20,311 bases of DNA, taken from Myxococcota bacterium. Its GTDB lineage: Bacteria; Myxococcota_A; UBA796; SXON01. Below are positions 8,054 to 17,005 of this stretch, one piece after another. The stretch covers positions 1 to 20,311 of the forward strand of contig JAZKFH010000021.1 in assembly GCA_040386535.1 (NCBI GenBank), read 5' to 3'. Numbering within the stretch: position 1 is the stretch's first letter; each line of letters starts with the position of its first letter. A model generated the notes under the pieces. The model worked only from the letters and a program-made list of their open reading frames with translations, made no database searches and was not told the DNA's origin. The translations under genes were made by a program, and so were the position numbers.

Positions 8054-8233
8054 GACGATGGCCGCGCGGCGGCCAACCGGGCACCCCCTTTCGGCAAAGG
8101 TCCCCGGGCCTTGGCCGCGGGCCGGCCATCCGGGCCCCCCCTGTCGGCAAGGTCCCCCGACCTTGGCCGCGGGGCGGCCATCCAGGCACCCCCTTTCGGC
8201 AAAGGTCCCCCGACGATGGCCGCGGGCCGCCAA
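8054..8233. repeat. ~53-bp imperfect tandem repeat (about 3.4 copies), two hairpins per unit, REP-cluster-like
   Basis: TGGCCGCG recurs at 8059, 8112, 8164 and 8217 (spacing 53/52/53). Units contain a TGGCCG...CGGCCA palindrome and CCTTTCGGCAAAGG (degenerate in unit 2). Confidence 0.9.
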
Positions 8234-8344
8234 TTGGAGGCCAGGATTGCGCGTACCCGATCAGGTGTCGTGCCGGACGTCGAACTCGTTCCCCTCAACG
8301 CAACGGGTGACGTTCGGTGGGCGGCCCCATCATCCCCGCTGCGC

Positions 8345-8373
8345 TTGCCAACAACCACCCCACCGCCAATACT
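8345..8373 (+). promoter_or_regulatory. sigma70-type promoter for a leaderless transcript
   Basis: TTGCCA (8345-8350)-N17-AATACT (8368-8373)-N6-ATG (8380). Confidence 0.55.
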
Positions 8374-8379
8374 CCCGCC

Positions 8380-9051
8380 ATGACCGCCGACACTCCCGCT
8401 CAATCGCTCCTGTTGATCGGGCTGCGGAAGGAACGCCTCGCCGACCAATTCCCCTTCCCCATGGAAATCGAAGGGCCGCTCGACGCCGATGTGCGGGCGG
8501 CCGTGGCCAACCACCTCGCGTCCGGAGCCGTGGCCGAGCGGTATCGCGGCCATTCCCACTGCCGCTACGGCTGCGCCGGAGATCTCGGCCACGACGACCT
8601 CTCCGACGGGACCTGGGTGTGGCCCGAAGGCTTCGCCCACTACGTGCAGCATCACGGTGTACTCGTGCCGCCCGCGTTCCTGGCGCACGTGTTGGGTAGG
8701 CCCGGCGTGTGTGTCGAACCAATGGAGGCGCTCCAGGCCCGCGCCCGCAGCGACGCGATCTGGATTTCCTGGTCTGCACAGTTCCGGACCGCGGCTATCG
8801 AGATCCAGCTGGCAGCGGCCGTCACCGAAGCTCAGCGGCAATGCGACGCCGCGCTCGCAACCAAGGCACTCCGCCTCGAGGACTCGCTGGGCCTCTCCGA
8901 CAGCGCCTGCCTTTCGGCAGGGTGCACCCGCACGGCCGCGGTCGGGAGGGCGCTCTGTCCACCCTGTCTCACCGAGCCCGACCGAGGCCACGAGGTCGGG
9001 ATGTCCGACTCGACTCAGGTCAGCCTGCTGACGAACACCTGGCCCCGGTGA
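8380..9051 (+). CDS. Hypothetical protein, probable Cys/His metal binding
   Basis: 223 aa. Contains YRGHSHCRYGC...DLSDGTWVWPEGFAHYVQHHGV..PPAFLAHV, a pattern I recall from a widespread uncharacterised family, plus C-terminal CLSAGC-x10-CPPC. Confidence 0.75.
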   Translation: MTADTPAQSLLLIGLRKERLADQFPFPMEIEGPLDADVRAAVANHLASGAVAERYRGHSHCRYGCAGDLGHDDLSDGTWVWPEGFAHYVQHHGVLVPPAFLAHVLGRPGVCVEPMEALQARARSDAIWISWSAQFRTAAIEIQLAAAVTEAQRQCDAALATKALRLEDSLGLSDSACLSAGCTRTAAVGRALCPPCLTEPDRGHEVGMSDSTQVSLLTNTWPR

Positions 9052-9054
9052 ACC

Positions 9055-9939
9055 TCACCCGACAATCGGCGCGTACGTATACGCGTACCCCCGCGCCCCG
9101 CCACCCTCGCGCGGCACGCCCGCCGCCACGATCTCCGCCATCTCACCCATCCGCGTGAACGCCTCTCGCACCGCGGGTGACACGTTCGCGAGGGGAACGG
9201 ACCGCGCCTCCGCGATCCTGCCCTTCACCCAGCGGTGCCAGGTGAGGCTGCGTACCCCGTCCACGATGCGCACGGAGCGCGGATCCTCGGGCGGGGACAA
9301 CGCCAGGAGCGCCCGCGCGACCTCGACGTACACGCCAGAGACGGCGTCGATCCAATCGTGCCGATCGGACCAAGGCAGGCGCGCCCGGTAGCGGGACAGG
9401 TCCACCAGCTGCTCGTCGGCCGCCGTGCGTGGCTGCAGGACCGTTTGTGCGATCTCGACCCGCTGCTCGACGTGTGTCGCCGGATCCACCCGCACCCAGC
9501 GCACCGCGCCCGTCCAGAGCAGCGTCATCGACGCCAGGGCGCCAGGCACCGCCACCTCCAGCACCAGGCGCTCACACACCTCGTCGCCTGTGCCACCGCG
9601 CACGATTCGCAGGAGCTGTTCGACGTGGTCGCGGTGCGATCTCCGAAACAGGAGGTTCTCGTCGCGCTCGGGCAACTCCACCGGGCAGACCGGCCACGAT
9701 CCGTACGCAGGATCGCTCGCGAGTCGTTCGAGGTAGCGCGGAAGTGTGTCCGGCAGGCGCGCGGCGAACGGTTGGACGTCGTCCAGCGTGAGATAGTCGT
9801 ACGCGGCGTCCACCACGGGGAGCATCGTGTCGGCGTCTTCCTCCGGGTGGAACGGCAGGAGATCGTCGAAGAACCACGCGAGTTCGATTGGCGGAACCCA
9901 CCACGTGATCGTGCGCGCCGCGAAGATCAACCCCGCCAT
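9055..9939 (-). CDS. Hypothetical protein
   Basis: 294 aa from the ATG at 9939 with a GGAGG Shine-Dalgarno. Globular protein-like composition; no family recognised. Confidence 0.7.
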   Translation of the reverse strand: MAGLIFAARTITWWVPPIELAWFFDDLLPFHPEEDADTMLPVVDAAYDYLTLDDVQPFAARLPDTLPRYLERLASDPAYGSWPVCPVELPERDENLLFRRSHRDHVEQLLRIVRGGTGDEVCERLVLEVAVPGALASMTLLWTGAVRWVRVDPATHVEQRVEIAQTVLQPRTAADEQLVDLSRYRARLPWSDRHDWIDAVSGVYVEVARALLALSPPEDPRSVRIVDGVRSLTWHRWVKGRIAEARSVPLANVSPAVREAFTRMGEMAEIVAAGVPREGGGARGYAYTYAPIVG

Positions 9940-10024
9940 CACCCCTCCGGCGCTCGCCCCGCCCTCCCCGCCGCCGCAGCGGCCGCGTCCGCGCGGTCCG
10001 TCTGCCCAGGCTCTGACTCCGGAA

Positions 10025-10660
10025 CTACCGCTTCGCCGCCCACCGCCCCAACCCTTCGAGGTTGGCCCGCAAAACGTGCGACGCCGCGGCGTCGGCGCCG
10101 GCCGTGAGCGCCTTCCACTTGAGGAAGCCCACGTCGTCCCGGCGGGGCGCCGAGCCGAGCGCGTAGCCGAGCACGCCGGGGGCCGCGAACCACACGCCGT
10201 GGCTGTAGTCGCTGCGGAAGCCCTCCTTGGCGGAGAGCGCGCTGGTCTCAGTGGGGAGGATGGCCCAGCCGGCGGCGAGGTAGCCGCGCTGCGGGGCGAG
10301 GCGCTCCAGCACGAGCTCGTGGTGCACCGCGCCGAGCATCGGGATCTCGATGCGCTGGTAGAACCGCACCTTGTCGGGCGCGACGAAGCGCGGGTCCTTG
10401 ATGGAGCGGCAGGCGGCGACGTGCTCGAGGTTGCCGACGTAATGATCGACATCCATCACCGCGTCGATCGCGCGCTGCGGATCGAGGCCGGGGATGGGCA
10501 TGATCGCGAAGCCCTCATCCGTCTGGCGGCCCCCGTGCGGCCAATGCGAGAAGGTGAACGCCGTGGGCGGGGACGCGGGCAGGTGGGGCAGGACACGGTC
10601 GAGAAAGGCGGGTAGTTCCACGGTAGCCTCGGGCGCGGGGTCGATTCGGAGGCGGTCCAT
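10025..10660 (-). CDS. Hypothetical protein, possible START/SRPBCC-like lipid- or ligand-binding fold
   Basis: 211 aa with high-GC3 codons. DPQRAIDAVMDVDHYVGNLEHVAACRSI...VRFYQRIEIPMLG plus a long C-terminal helix match the Bet v1/START layout. Confidence 0.65.
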   Translation of the reverse strand: MDRLRIDPAPEATVELPAFLDRVLPHLPASPPTAFTFSHWPHGGRQTDEGFAIMPIPGLDPQRAIDAVMDVDHYVGNLEHVAACRSIKDPRFVAPDKVRFYQRIEIPMLGAVHHELVLERLAPQRGYLAAGWAILPTETSALSAKEGFRSDYSHGVWFAAPGVLGYALGSAPRRDDVGFLKWKALTAGADAAASHVLRANLEGLGRWAAKR

Positions 10661-10724
10661 GTAGCGCGGCGCGGGCCCATCCGGGAGGCGCGCGGATGGG
10701 GCGGCGTCCGGGATACCCTGTGTC

Positions 10725-12398
10725 ATGCTGCTCTTCGCGCTGCTCGCGTGCACCGGACCCGCCGAGGAGGTCGACACGGGCACGCCGGCGTTGACCGCCG
10801 AGATGTGCAACGGTCGCGACGACGACGGCGACGGGAGGATCGACGAGGGCGTGCTCGTCTCGGGCTGGGTGGACGCCGACGGAGACGGCGCGGGCGGCGA
10901 CGAGAGCGCGTGGGAGGCCTGCACCGCGCCCGCCGGCGCGGTGACCGAGGGCGGCGACTGTGACGACGCCAATCCCACCGTGTTTCCCGACGCCATCGAG
11001 TCCTGCGCGACCCCCGGCGACGACGATTGTGACGGCGTCGCCAACCCCGCGGGCGCGGAGGGGTGCACCGACGTGTGGGCGGACACCGACGGCGATGGCC
11101 TGGGCGGCGGCGCGTCCACCTGCGTGTGCGACCCCGCGGACCGCCCGCGCACCGGCGAAGACTGCGATCCCGACGACGTCGACCGCGGGCTGGACTGCGC
11201 CGAGGGCGCCGTCGTCGCGCTCGATGGAGCGCGGCTGCGAGACGATGACGACGAGATCGCGTGGACCCTGGTCGGGGCGGCCGATGTGGACGCGGCGCCG
11301 GGCGACGAGCTCGTCCTCTCCGCCCCCGCGGGCCTCGCCTTCCTGACGCTCCCCGCGGGAGGTGACACCCGCTACAGTGACGCGCTGATCGGCACCTTGG
11401 CGCTGACCCCCTACTCCGACCGCGCGCTCCGACCGCACGGCGACACCGGCGAGATCGCGCTCGTGGAGGCCAGCTACGAGGCGGTCCCCGACTCCGACGA
11501 CCCTTCCGAGGCGTTCTTCACGATCACGCCCACCCTGCGCGGGTACCGGGCGCCCCTCGCGGACGCCGCGGCCGCCTGGACCTGGCCCCTCGAGCCCATC
11601 CACACGAGCTACGTCGAGGAGTCGCTGTTCGTCGCCGACCTCGACGGGGACGGGATCGTGGAGGCCTGGTACGCCTCGGGCACGATCCCGGGCCACGCCG
11701 GGGACGCGGCGTTGTGGCGCGTGACCGATACGAGCGACACCGGCGTCACCGAGCTCCTGCGCACGACCGTCGAGGGCTCGCTCTACCACGTCACCCCCCT
11801 CGGCGATCCCGACGGGGACGGCCTGACCGACCTCGGCATCCTCACCGTGGGTGACGACGCGGACGCGGTGTCGGTGTACGCCGGGCCGATGGGCGACCCC
11901 TTCCCCGCGGCGAGCGCCGACATCGTGACCGAGGCGCTGTTCGACCTGGTCCCCCTCGGCGACCTGGACGGGGACGGGTACGACGACCTCGGCCTGCGCG
12001 GGGAGCGCATCCACGTGCTCCGCGGCCCGTTGGCGTCGGGCGTCGCCGCCGACCTCGCCGCCACGCGCGTCGGCCCGGAGAGCGACGACCTCGACGAGAG
12101 CGCGCTGTTCGCCACCGCGGGCGACCTGGGCGCCGACGGCGCGCGCGAGCTCGTCGTGACCGACACCTACTGGCCCGGCCGCGTCGGCGGAGAGCCGCTG
12201 CGGGGCGCGGTCTACGTCTTCGAGGGGCTCCCCACCGGCGTCGTGGACGTGCGCGCCGCCGCCACCCGCCTGTACGGCACCACCTACGGCGCGCTCGGCG
12301 CCTACCCGAGCGTGCTCGAAGACGGCCGCCTGCTGGTCGGCGCCCACCTCGAGGACCACGCGGAGGGGCGCGGCGTGTTCTGGGTGCTGGGGTTGTAG
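10725..12398 (+). CDS. Acidic surface lipoprotein with MopE-like putative metal-binding repeats and FG-GAP-like repeats
   Basis: 557 aa with lipobox LLAC. Repeats EMCNGRDDDGDGRIDE and DCDDANPTVFPDAIESC...DDDCDG; multiple DLDGDG/DPDGDG motifs, GAVYVF and LLVGA. Confidence 0.85.
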   Translation: MLLFALLACTGPAEEVDTGTPALTAEMCNGRDDDGDGRIDEGVLVSGWVDADGDGAGGDESAWEACTAPAGAVTEGGDCDDANPTVFPDAIESCATPGDDDCDGVANPAGAEGCTDVWADTDGDGLGGGASTCVCDPADRPRTGEDCDPDDVDRGLDCAEGAVVALDGARLRDDDDEIAWTLVGAADVDAAPGDELVLSAPAGLAFLTLPAGGDTRYSDALIGTLALTPYSDRALRPHGDTGEIALVEASYEAVPDSDDPSEAFFTITPTLRGYRAPLADAAAAWTWPLEPIHTSYVEESLFVADLDGDGIVEAWYASGTIPGHAGDAALWRVTDTSDTGVTELLRTTVEGSLYHVTPLGDPDGDGLTDLGILTVGDDADAVSVYAGPMGDPFPAASADIVTEALFDLVPLGDLDGDGYDDLGLRGERIHVLRGPLASGVAADLAATRVGPESDDLDESALFATAGDLGADGARELVVTDTYWPGRVGGEPLRGAVYVFEGLPTGVVDVRAAATRLYGTTYGALGAYPSVLEDGRLLVGAHLEDHAEGRGVFWVLGL

Positions 12399-12448
12399 GG
12401 GCGCCGGGCGCGAGCCTTGTTGTACACCCGATGTTCTACACTCCCCGA

Positions 12449-14779
12449 ATGCTCCTCCTCGCGCTCCTGGCCTGCACCGGCGACAAGCCGACCGACTCCG
12501 CCGCCCCGACCTACACCGATCCCGACGGCAACGTCGTGGTGGTCGAGCCCGACGGCACGCTGCGCTTCGGCGACCGCGCCGTCACCGTGGCCATCGGCGT
12601 CGTCGCGAGCCCCGACGACACGGTCAACTACGACCCGATCAACATCATCGAGGGCAACGATCCCGCCGGGTTCCATTGGCGCACCGCCACGGCCGCCACG
12701 TGGGACGGGGCCCTGTGGCAATTGACATTGGAGGACGGGTGGTCCGCCACGTTGGCCGTGGATGACACAGGGCCGGGCATGCGGTTCACCGTCACGCCGC
12801 TGGGAGATGTCTGGGCGCCCTACGTGCGCGTCACGGTGCCCGTGACGGAGGACGAGGCGTTCTACGGCCTCGGCGAGTGGTTCGACGGCGCCGAGCACCG
12901 TGGCCACGTGCACCCCATGCACATCCGCATCGATCCCACGCTGGAGAGCAGCTACAACGAGGCCCACGTGCCGGTGCCGTTCCTGGTCTCGACCGCGGGG
13001 TGGGGCGTGCTCGCGGACAGCACGTGGCCGGGCGCGTTCGACGTGGCGGCCTCGGATCCCGACGCCGTGCATGTGCTGTTCAACCAGCGCGACGGCTTCT
13101 CGTTCGATCTGTACGGCGCACCCAAGCCGGCGGAGGTGCTCGCCCGCTACCACCAACGCACCGGCATGCCCGAGGTGCCCCCGGATTGGGCCTTCGCCCC
13201 GCTCCAGTGGCGCGACGAGAGCACTGCCGCCGACGTGTTGGCCGACGCCGCCGCGATCCGCGCGCTGGGTATCCCCGGTGGCTGTGTGTGGATCGACAAT
13301 CCGTGGCAGACCTCGTACAACAGCATGGTGCCCGACGAGGACGGCCTGTACCCCGATTGGGACGGGATGATCGCCACCTTGGAGGCCAAGGGCTTCCGCA
13401 TGCTCACGTGGACCACTCCCTACGTCGAGGAAGCCGAGCCCGAATACGCCAGCTACGCGGCCAACGGCTGGTTCGTCCACATCGCCATCGAGTTCAACCA
13501 ATTCGGCCCGCTGGTGGACCTGACCAACCCCGCCGCCGCCGCCGCGTGGTCCGCCCGCATCGCATCGGCGCACGCGCGCGGGGTCGAAGGGTGGAAGCTC
13601 GACTACGGCGAGGACGTGCAGCTCGGCTTCGGCGAGGGCCAACTGAACGCCGACTTCGCCAACGGCGAGGACGAACGCACGATGCACCACGACTTCGTGC
13701 GCTACTACCACACGGTGTACGCGGGCGAGGACGGGGACAAATTCCTGCTCGGCCGCGCCGGCGTACGCGGCGGCCACACCATCACCGACGCCATCTGGCC
13801 AGGCGATCTCGACAGTGACTTCCGCCACTTCGGAGACGACGGCCATGTCGGCGGCCTGCCCGCGGCGATGCGCGGCGGCACGAGCCTCGCGGCGAGCGGC
13901 TATCCGTTCTACGCGTCCGACACCGGCGGGTATCGCCACGCCCGGCCCACCGAGGAGGTGTTCCTCCGGTGGACCGAGTACGCCGCCCTCCTCCCCATCT
14001 TCCAATACGGTGGCAGCGGCGACGACCACAACCCCTGGAACTTCGAGCCTGACGGCGAGTCGGTGTTCACCAGTGACACCCTCGACACCTTCCGCCGCTA
14101 CGCGGTACTCCACACCCGCCTGTTCCCGTATTTCAAGCTGCTCGCCGAGCGGGTGGAGACCACCGGCCTGCCCATCGTGATGGCGCGCGGCTTCGCCTAC
14201 CCCGACGACGGCCTGCACCCGGAGGACGTGTTCCTGGTCGGCGACGATCTGCTGGTGGCCGCCGTCGCGGAGGCGGGCGTCTCCACCAAGGACGTGGTGT
14301 TGCCCGCGGGGGACTGGGTGCATTGGTGGTCCGGCGAGCGGTATACCGGCGCGGTGACTGTGCCCGCGCCGCTCGGCGAGGGGCCGCTGTTCCAGCGCGC
14401 GGGCAGCGCGATCCCGTTGTTGCGGCCGGAGATCATGACATTGGCGGCGACCGACGGGACGGTCGAGAGTTGGGCGGACGAGCCGGGCCGCCTGCACGCG
14501 CGTGTCATCCCGGGCCCGGACTCCATGGCGGGCGCGGCCTTCACCCTGCGCACGGGAGAGGCGCTCACCTGGGAGGCCGATGGCGCCACGCTCGTAGCGG
14601 GATCGACCTACGACGGCTGGGACCTGGAGGTGTGGGTGGAGGGCGGGATCACCGGCGCCACCGCGGACGGCGTGGCGCTGCCCGAGGGCGAGGCCGGGTG
14701 TGTCGACTGTTGGGTCGCGGGCGATCCGTGGGTGCACGTGGTGGTCGAGAGCGCGGCGAACATCGCGGTCACGCGTTGA
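12449..14779 (+). CDS. Glycoside hydrolase family 31 (alpha-glucosidase/alpha-xylosidase-like), predicted lipoprotein
   Basis: 776 aa. Contains FYGLGE, VPVPFLVS, WIDNPW, nucleophile motif WKLDYGED, acid/base motif WPGD, SDTGGY, FLRWTEY and LPAGDWVHWW. Lipobox LLAC. An alternative in-frame start exists at 12431. Confidence 0.92.
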   Translation: MLLLALLACTGDKPTDSAAPTYTDPDGNVVVVEPDGTLRFGDRAVTVAIGVVASPDDTVNYDPINIIEGNDPAGFHWRTATAATWDGALWQLTLEDGWSATLAVDDTGPGMRFTVTPLGDVWAPYVRVTVPVTEDEAFYGLGEWFDGAEHRGHVHPMHIRIDPTLESSYNEAHVPVPFLVSTAGWGVLADSTWPGAFDVAASDPDAVHVLFNQRDGFSFDLYGAPKPAEVLARYHQRTGMPEVPPDWAFAPLQWRDESTAADVLADAAAIRALGIPGGCVWIDNPWQTSYNSMVPDEDGLYPDWDGMIATLEAKGFRMLTWTTPYVEEAEPEYASYAANGWFVHIAIEFNQFGPLVDLTNPAAAAAWSARIASAHARGVEGWKLDYGEDVQLGFGEGQLNADFANGEDERTMHHDFVRYYHTVYAGEDGDKFLLGRAGVRGGHTITDAIWPGDLDSDFRHFGDDGHVGGLPAAMRGGTSLAASGYPFYASDTGGYRHARPTEEVFLRWTEYAALLPIFQYGGSGDDHNPWNFEPDGESVFTSDTLDTFRRYAVLHTRLFPYFKLLAERVETTGLPIVMARGFAYPDDGLHPEDVFLVGDDLLVAAVAEAGVSTKDVVLPAGDWVHWWSGERYTGAVTVPAPLGEGPLFQRAGSAIPLLRPEIMTLAATDGTVESWADEPGRLHARVIPGPDSMAGAAFTLRTGEALTWEADGATLVAGSTYDGWDLEVWVEGGITGATADGVALPEGEAGCVDCWVAGDPWVHVVVESAANIAVTR

Positions 14780-15382
14780 TCAGCCGCCCTCACGGCCGAA
14801 CACCACCGTGAGGTTGTTGGCGGGCATCTCCACGATCTCGACCAGATGGAAGCCGTTCTTGGCGGCCTCGGCCTCGACCGCTTCGAGGTCGCGTACGCCC
14901 CACCGGTAGTCGCGCGCGTGGAGCCACTGGTCGAACTCCTCGTTGCTCGGGGAGGTGTGGGCGCCGCCGCGGCGGTAGGGGCCGTAGAGCACCACGATGC
15001 GCGGCGAGAGCTCGGCGGCGCCGGCGAACAGCGCCACGGTGGCCTCCCAGGGCGAGATGTGGATCATGTTGACCGCGAGGACCACGTCCGCCGCCTCGAC
15101 GGGCCAGGGACGTTGACACACGTCGAGCGGGAGAGCGGGCGCCAACGTCGCGACCGGCGTGACGGCCGCCCACGCGTCGATGGAGGCGCGGGCCTCGGGA
15201 TCGGCGTCCGTGGGCTGCCAGCGGGAAACGGGGAGCTGGGCGGCGAAGTACACGGCGTGTTCGCCGGAGCCGCTGGCGATCTCGAGCACACCATCGCCCG
15301 GGCGGACGTGGCGGGCGAGCACGGTGAGCAGCGGCTCGCGGTTGCGTTGGGTGGCGGCGGCGTAGCGGCGGGCGTCGGGCAT
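14780..15382 (-). CDS. DUF938 family SAM-dependent methyltransferase
   Basis: 200 aa with AATQRNREP, VLEIASGSGEH, WQPTD, NMIHISPW, YGPY, SNEEFD, WGVRD and MPANN. Confidence 0.92.
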   Translation of the reverse strand: MPDARRYAAATQRNREPLLTVLARHVRPGDGVLEIASGSGEHAVYFAAQLPVSRWQPTDADPEARASIDAWAAVTPVATLAPALPLDVCQRPWPVEAADVVLAVNMIHISPWEATVALFAGAAELSPRIVVLYGPYRRGGAHTSPSNEEFDQWLHARDYRWGVRDLEAVEAEAAKNGFHLVEIVEMPANNLTVVFGREGG

Positions 15383-15390
15383 GGGGGGGC

Positions 15391-16050
15391 CTATGCCGGC
15401 GGAGGCACCTTGAGCAGTCCGGCGAGCAGGGGGAGCCCGTCGAGCACGCCGGACGTGTCGCCCGACAAGCGCGCGGCAGCGAGCAGGTGTACGAACAACG
15501 AGGCGGAGAACAGATCGACGAGCACGGCCATGTCGACGTCGCGGCGCCGCAGCCAGTCGATCGACCCCGCCTCTACGCCGCCGAGCCACGCGCGCGCCGC
15601 GAGCCGGGCCGCGGGGCCCGCTTTGTCGAGCTTCGCCCCCACGAGCAGCTGCGCGGCGATCACCTCGCGGGTCGCCTCCAACGTGGCCTGCACCTCGGGA
15701 TCGGCGCCGAGCCCGCCGCTCATCAGCGTCAGGTACGCGTCGGCACGCTCGCTCACGAAGCCGAGGTAGGCCTCCAGCCCGCGGCGCGCGTTGTCGACGC
15801 CGGGGCGCTTCGGATCGGGCGCGAGCGCGAGCAGGAGCTCACCCGCGGCGTACTGGACCACCGCCACGTACAGCGCTCGCTTGCTGCCGAAGTAGTGGTA
15901 CAACAGGCCCTTGCTGACCCCTGCGCCGGCGGCGATCGCATCGATGGACACGTCATCGTAGGGCAGCGTCGAGAACAGCTGCAGCCCCACCGCGAGCAGC
16001 TGTGCGTGCCGCTCGTCCCGCGACTTGTAGGTGCGCTCGCGCTCGTCCAT
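15391..16050 (-). CDS. TetR/AcrR family transcriptional regulator
   Basis: HTH motif PYDDVSIDAIAAGAGVSKGLLYHYFGSKRALY. The start is at 16050 or 16065. Confidence 0.92.
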   Translation of the reverse strand: MDERERTYKSRDERHAQLLAVGLQLFSTLPYDDVSIDAIAAGAGVSKGLLYHYFGSKRALYVAVVQYAAGELLLALAPDPKRPGVDNARRGLEAYLGFVSERADAYLTLMSGGLGADPEVQATLEATREVIAAQLLVGAKLDKAGPAARLAARAWLGGVEAGSIDWLRRRDVDMAVLVDLFSASLFVHLLAAARLSGDTSGVLDGLPLLAGLLKVPPPA

Positions 16051-16058
16051 CCGCCCAC

Positions 16059-16102
16059 TTGACATCCTGGCGCCCACCCGTAAAGTTGAACACGATTCAA
16101 AT
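16059..16102 (+). promoter_or_regulatory. Promoter of the hydrolase gene with an overlapping palindromic operator (putative TetR site 1)
   Basis: TTGACA (16059-16064)-N16-TAAAGT (16081-16086). Operator AGTTGAA-CACGA-TTCAAAT at 16084-16102. Confidence 0.75.
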
Positions 16103-16113
16103 CGGTGAAGCCC

Positions 16114-16977
16114 ATGGCCCTCTCCCCGGTCCCCCTGGTCCGCCGCCCACACTTCGATTTTGGGAGCCAGGCGGTCGGCGGCAACGTCGGTGGTGAGGGC
16201 GGTGAGGGGATCGGCCGCCACTGGTTCGGCGGCAGCGCGCTGCGCACCCACCTCGCCAACGGGCTGAACTTCGTGTTCCCCGAGGGCGAGCGGTTCTTCA
16301 TCCGGAGCGTGCGCCACTACGCCGATCGGCTGGACCCCGAATTGAAGGTGCGTGTCGCCGCCTTGGCGGGCCAGGAGGCCCAGCACCAACGGGCGCACCT
16401 CGCGTCGTTCGAGCTGCTCGAGGCCCAGGGCTACGAGGTCGCGAGCTGGCTCGCCTGGTACGAGTCGGTCGGCTACCGCCGCATCGAGCCCCGCGTCCCG
16501 CCCGTGCTACGCCTCGCCACGACGGCGGCGCTCGAACACTTCACGGCCACGTTCGGCGAGCTCGTGCTCCGCACCGAGATGCTCGACACCGCGCACCCCA
16601 CCATGCGCGCCCTGTTGCGGTGGCACGCCGCCGAGGAGATCGAGCACCGCGACGTCGCCTATGACGTGCTGCTCGTCGTCGATCCGCGCTGGGCCGTGCG
16701 CGCGCTCGGCTTCGTGATGGCGGGCGGCCTGCTCGCGTTCTTCTGGTCTTCGGGCGTACGCCACCTGCGCCGCCAGGACCCACCCCGAGGCGCGGTCGAG
16801 CGGGCGGCGGGGCAGCAGGTCCGCACCTACTGGCGTCGTCACGGCCCGGCGTTCGCGCGGGCTCTGCTCGCCTACCTGCGGCCGGGCTTCCACCCCCGGG
16901 ACGCCGGCGGGGACGCGCTCGCGGAGGCGTTCTTCGCGGAGGGGACGGCCGGGGAGCACGGGCCGGTCGCGACCTGA
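16114..16977 (+). CDS. Predicted metal-dependent hydrolase (PF10118-type, helical di-metal ExxH family)
   Basis: Contains FPEGERFFIRSVR, GQEAQHQRAH, TAALEHFTA, WHAAEEIEHRDVAYDV and YLRPGFHP. The start is ATG 16114 or GTG 16105. Confidence 0.9.
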   Translation: MALSPVPLVRRPHFDFGSQAVGGNVGGEGGEGIGRHWFGGSALRTHLANGLNFVFPEGERFFIRSVRHYADRLDPELKVRVAALAGQEAQHQRAHLASFELLEAQGYEVASWLAWYESVGYRRIEPRVPPVLRLATTAALEHFTATFGELVLRTEMLDTAHPTMRALLRWHAAEEIEHRDVAYDVLLVVDPRWAVRALGFVMAGGLLAFFWSSGVRHLRRQDPPRGAVERAAGQQVRTYWRRHGPAFARALLAYLRPGFHPRDAGGDALAEAFFAEGTAGEHGPVAT

Positions 16978-17005
16978 CTGCGAGCCGCGGACGGGACGCC
17001 CGCCC

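Noticed and set aside
7802..8055. Small ORFs 7802..8029 and 7810..8055
   Set aside because: No Shine-Dalgarno or leaderless signal, no recognisable motif and atypical codon usage; possibly decayed sequence.
8054..8233. CRISPR array
   Set aside because: These are degenerate contiguous tandem units without a repeat-spacer structure.
6683..8233. N-terminal extension giving a 1372-aa kinase ORF
   Set aside because: It is the antisense shadow of the FHA gene and repeat region; the kinase domain starts just after Met 6682.
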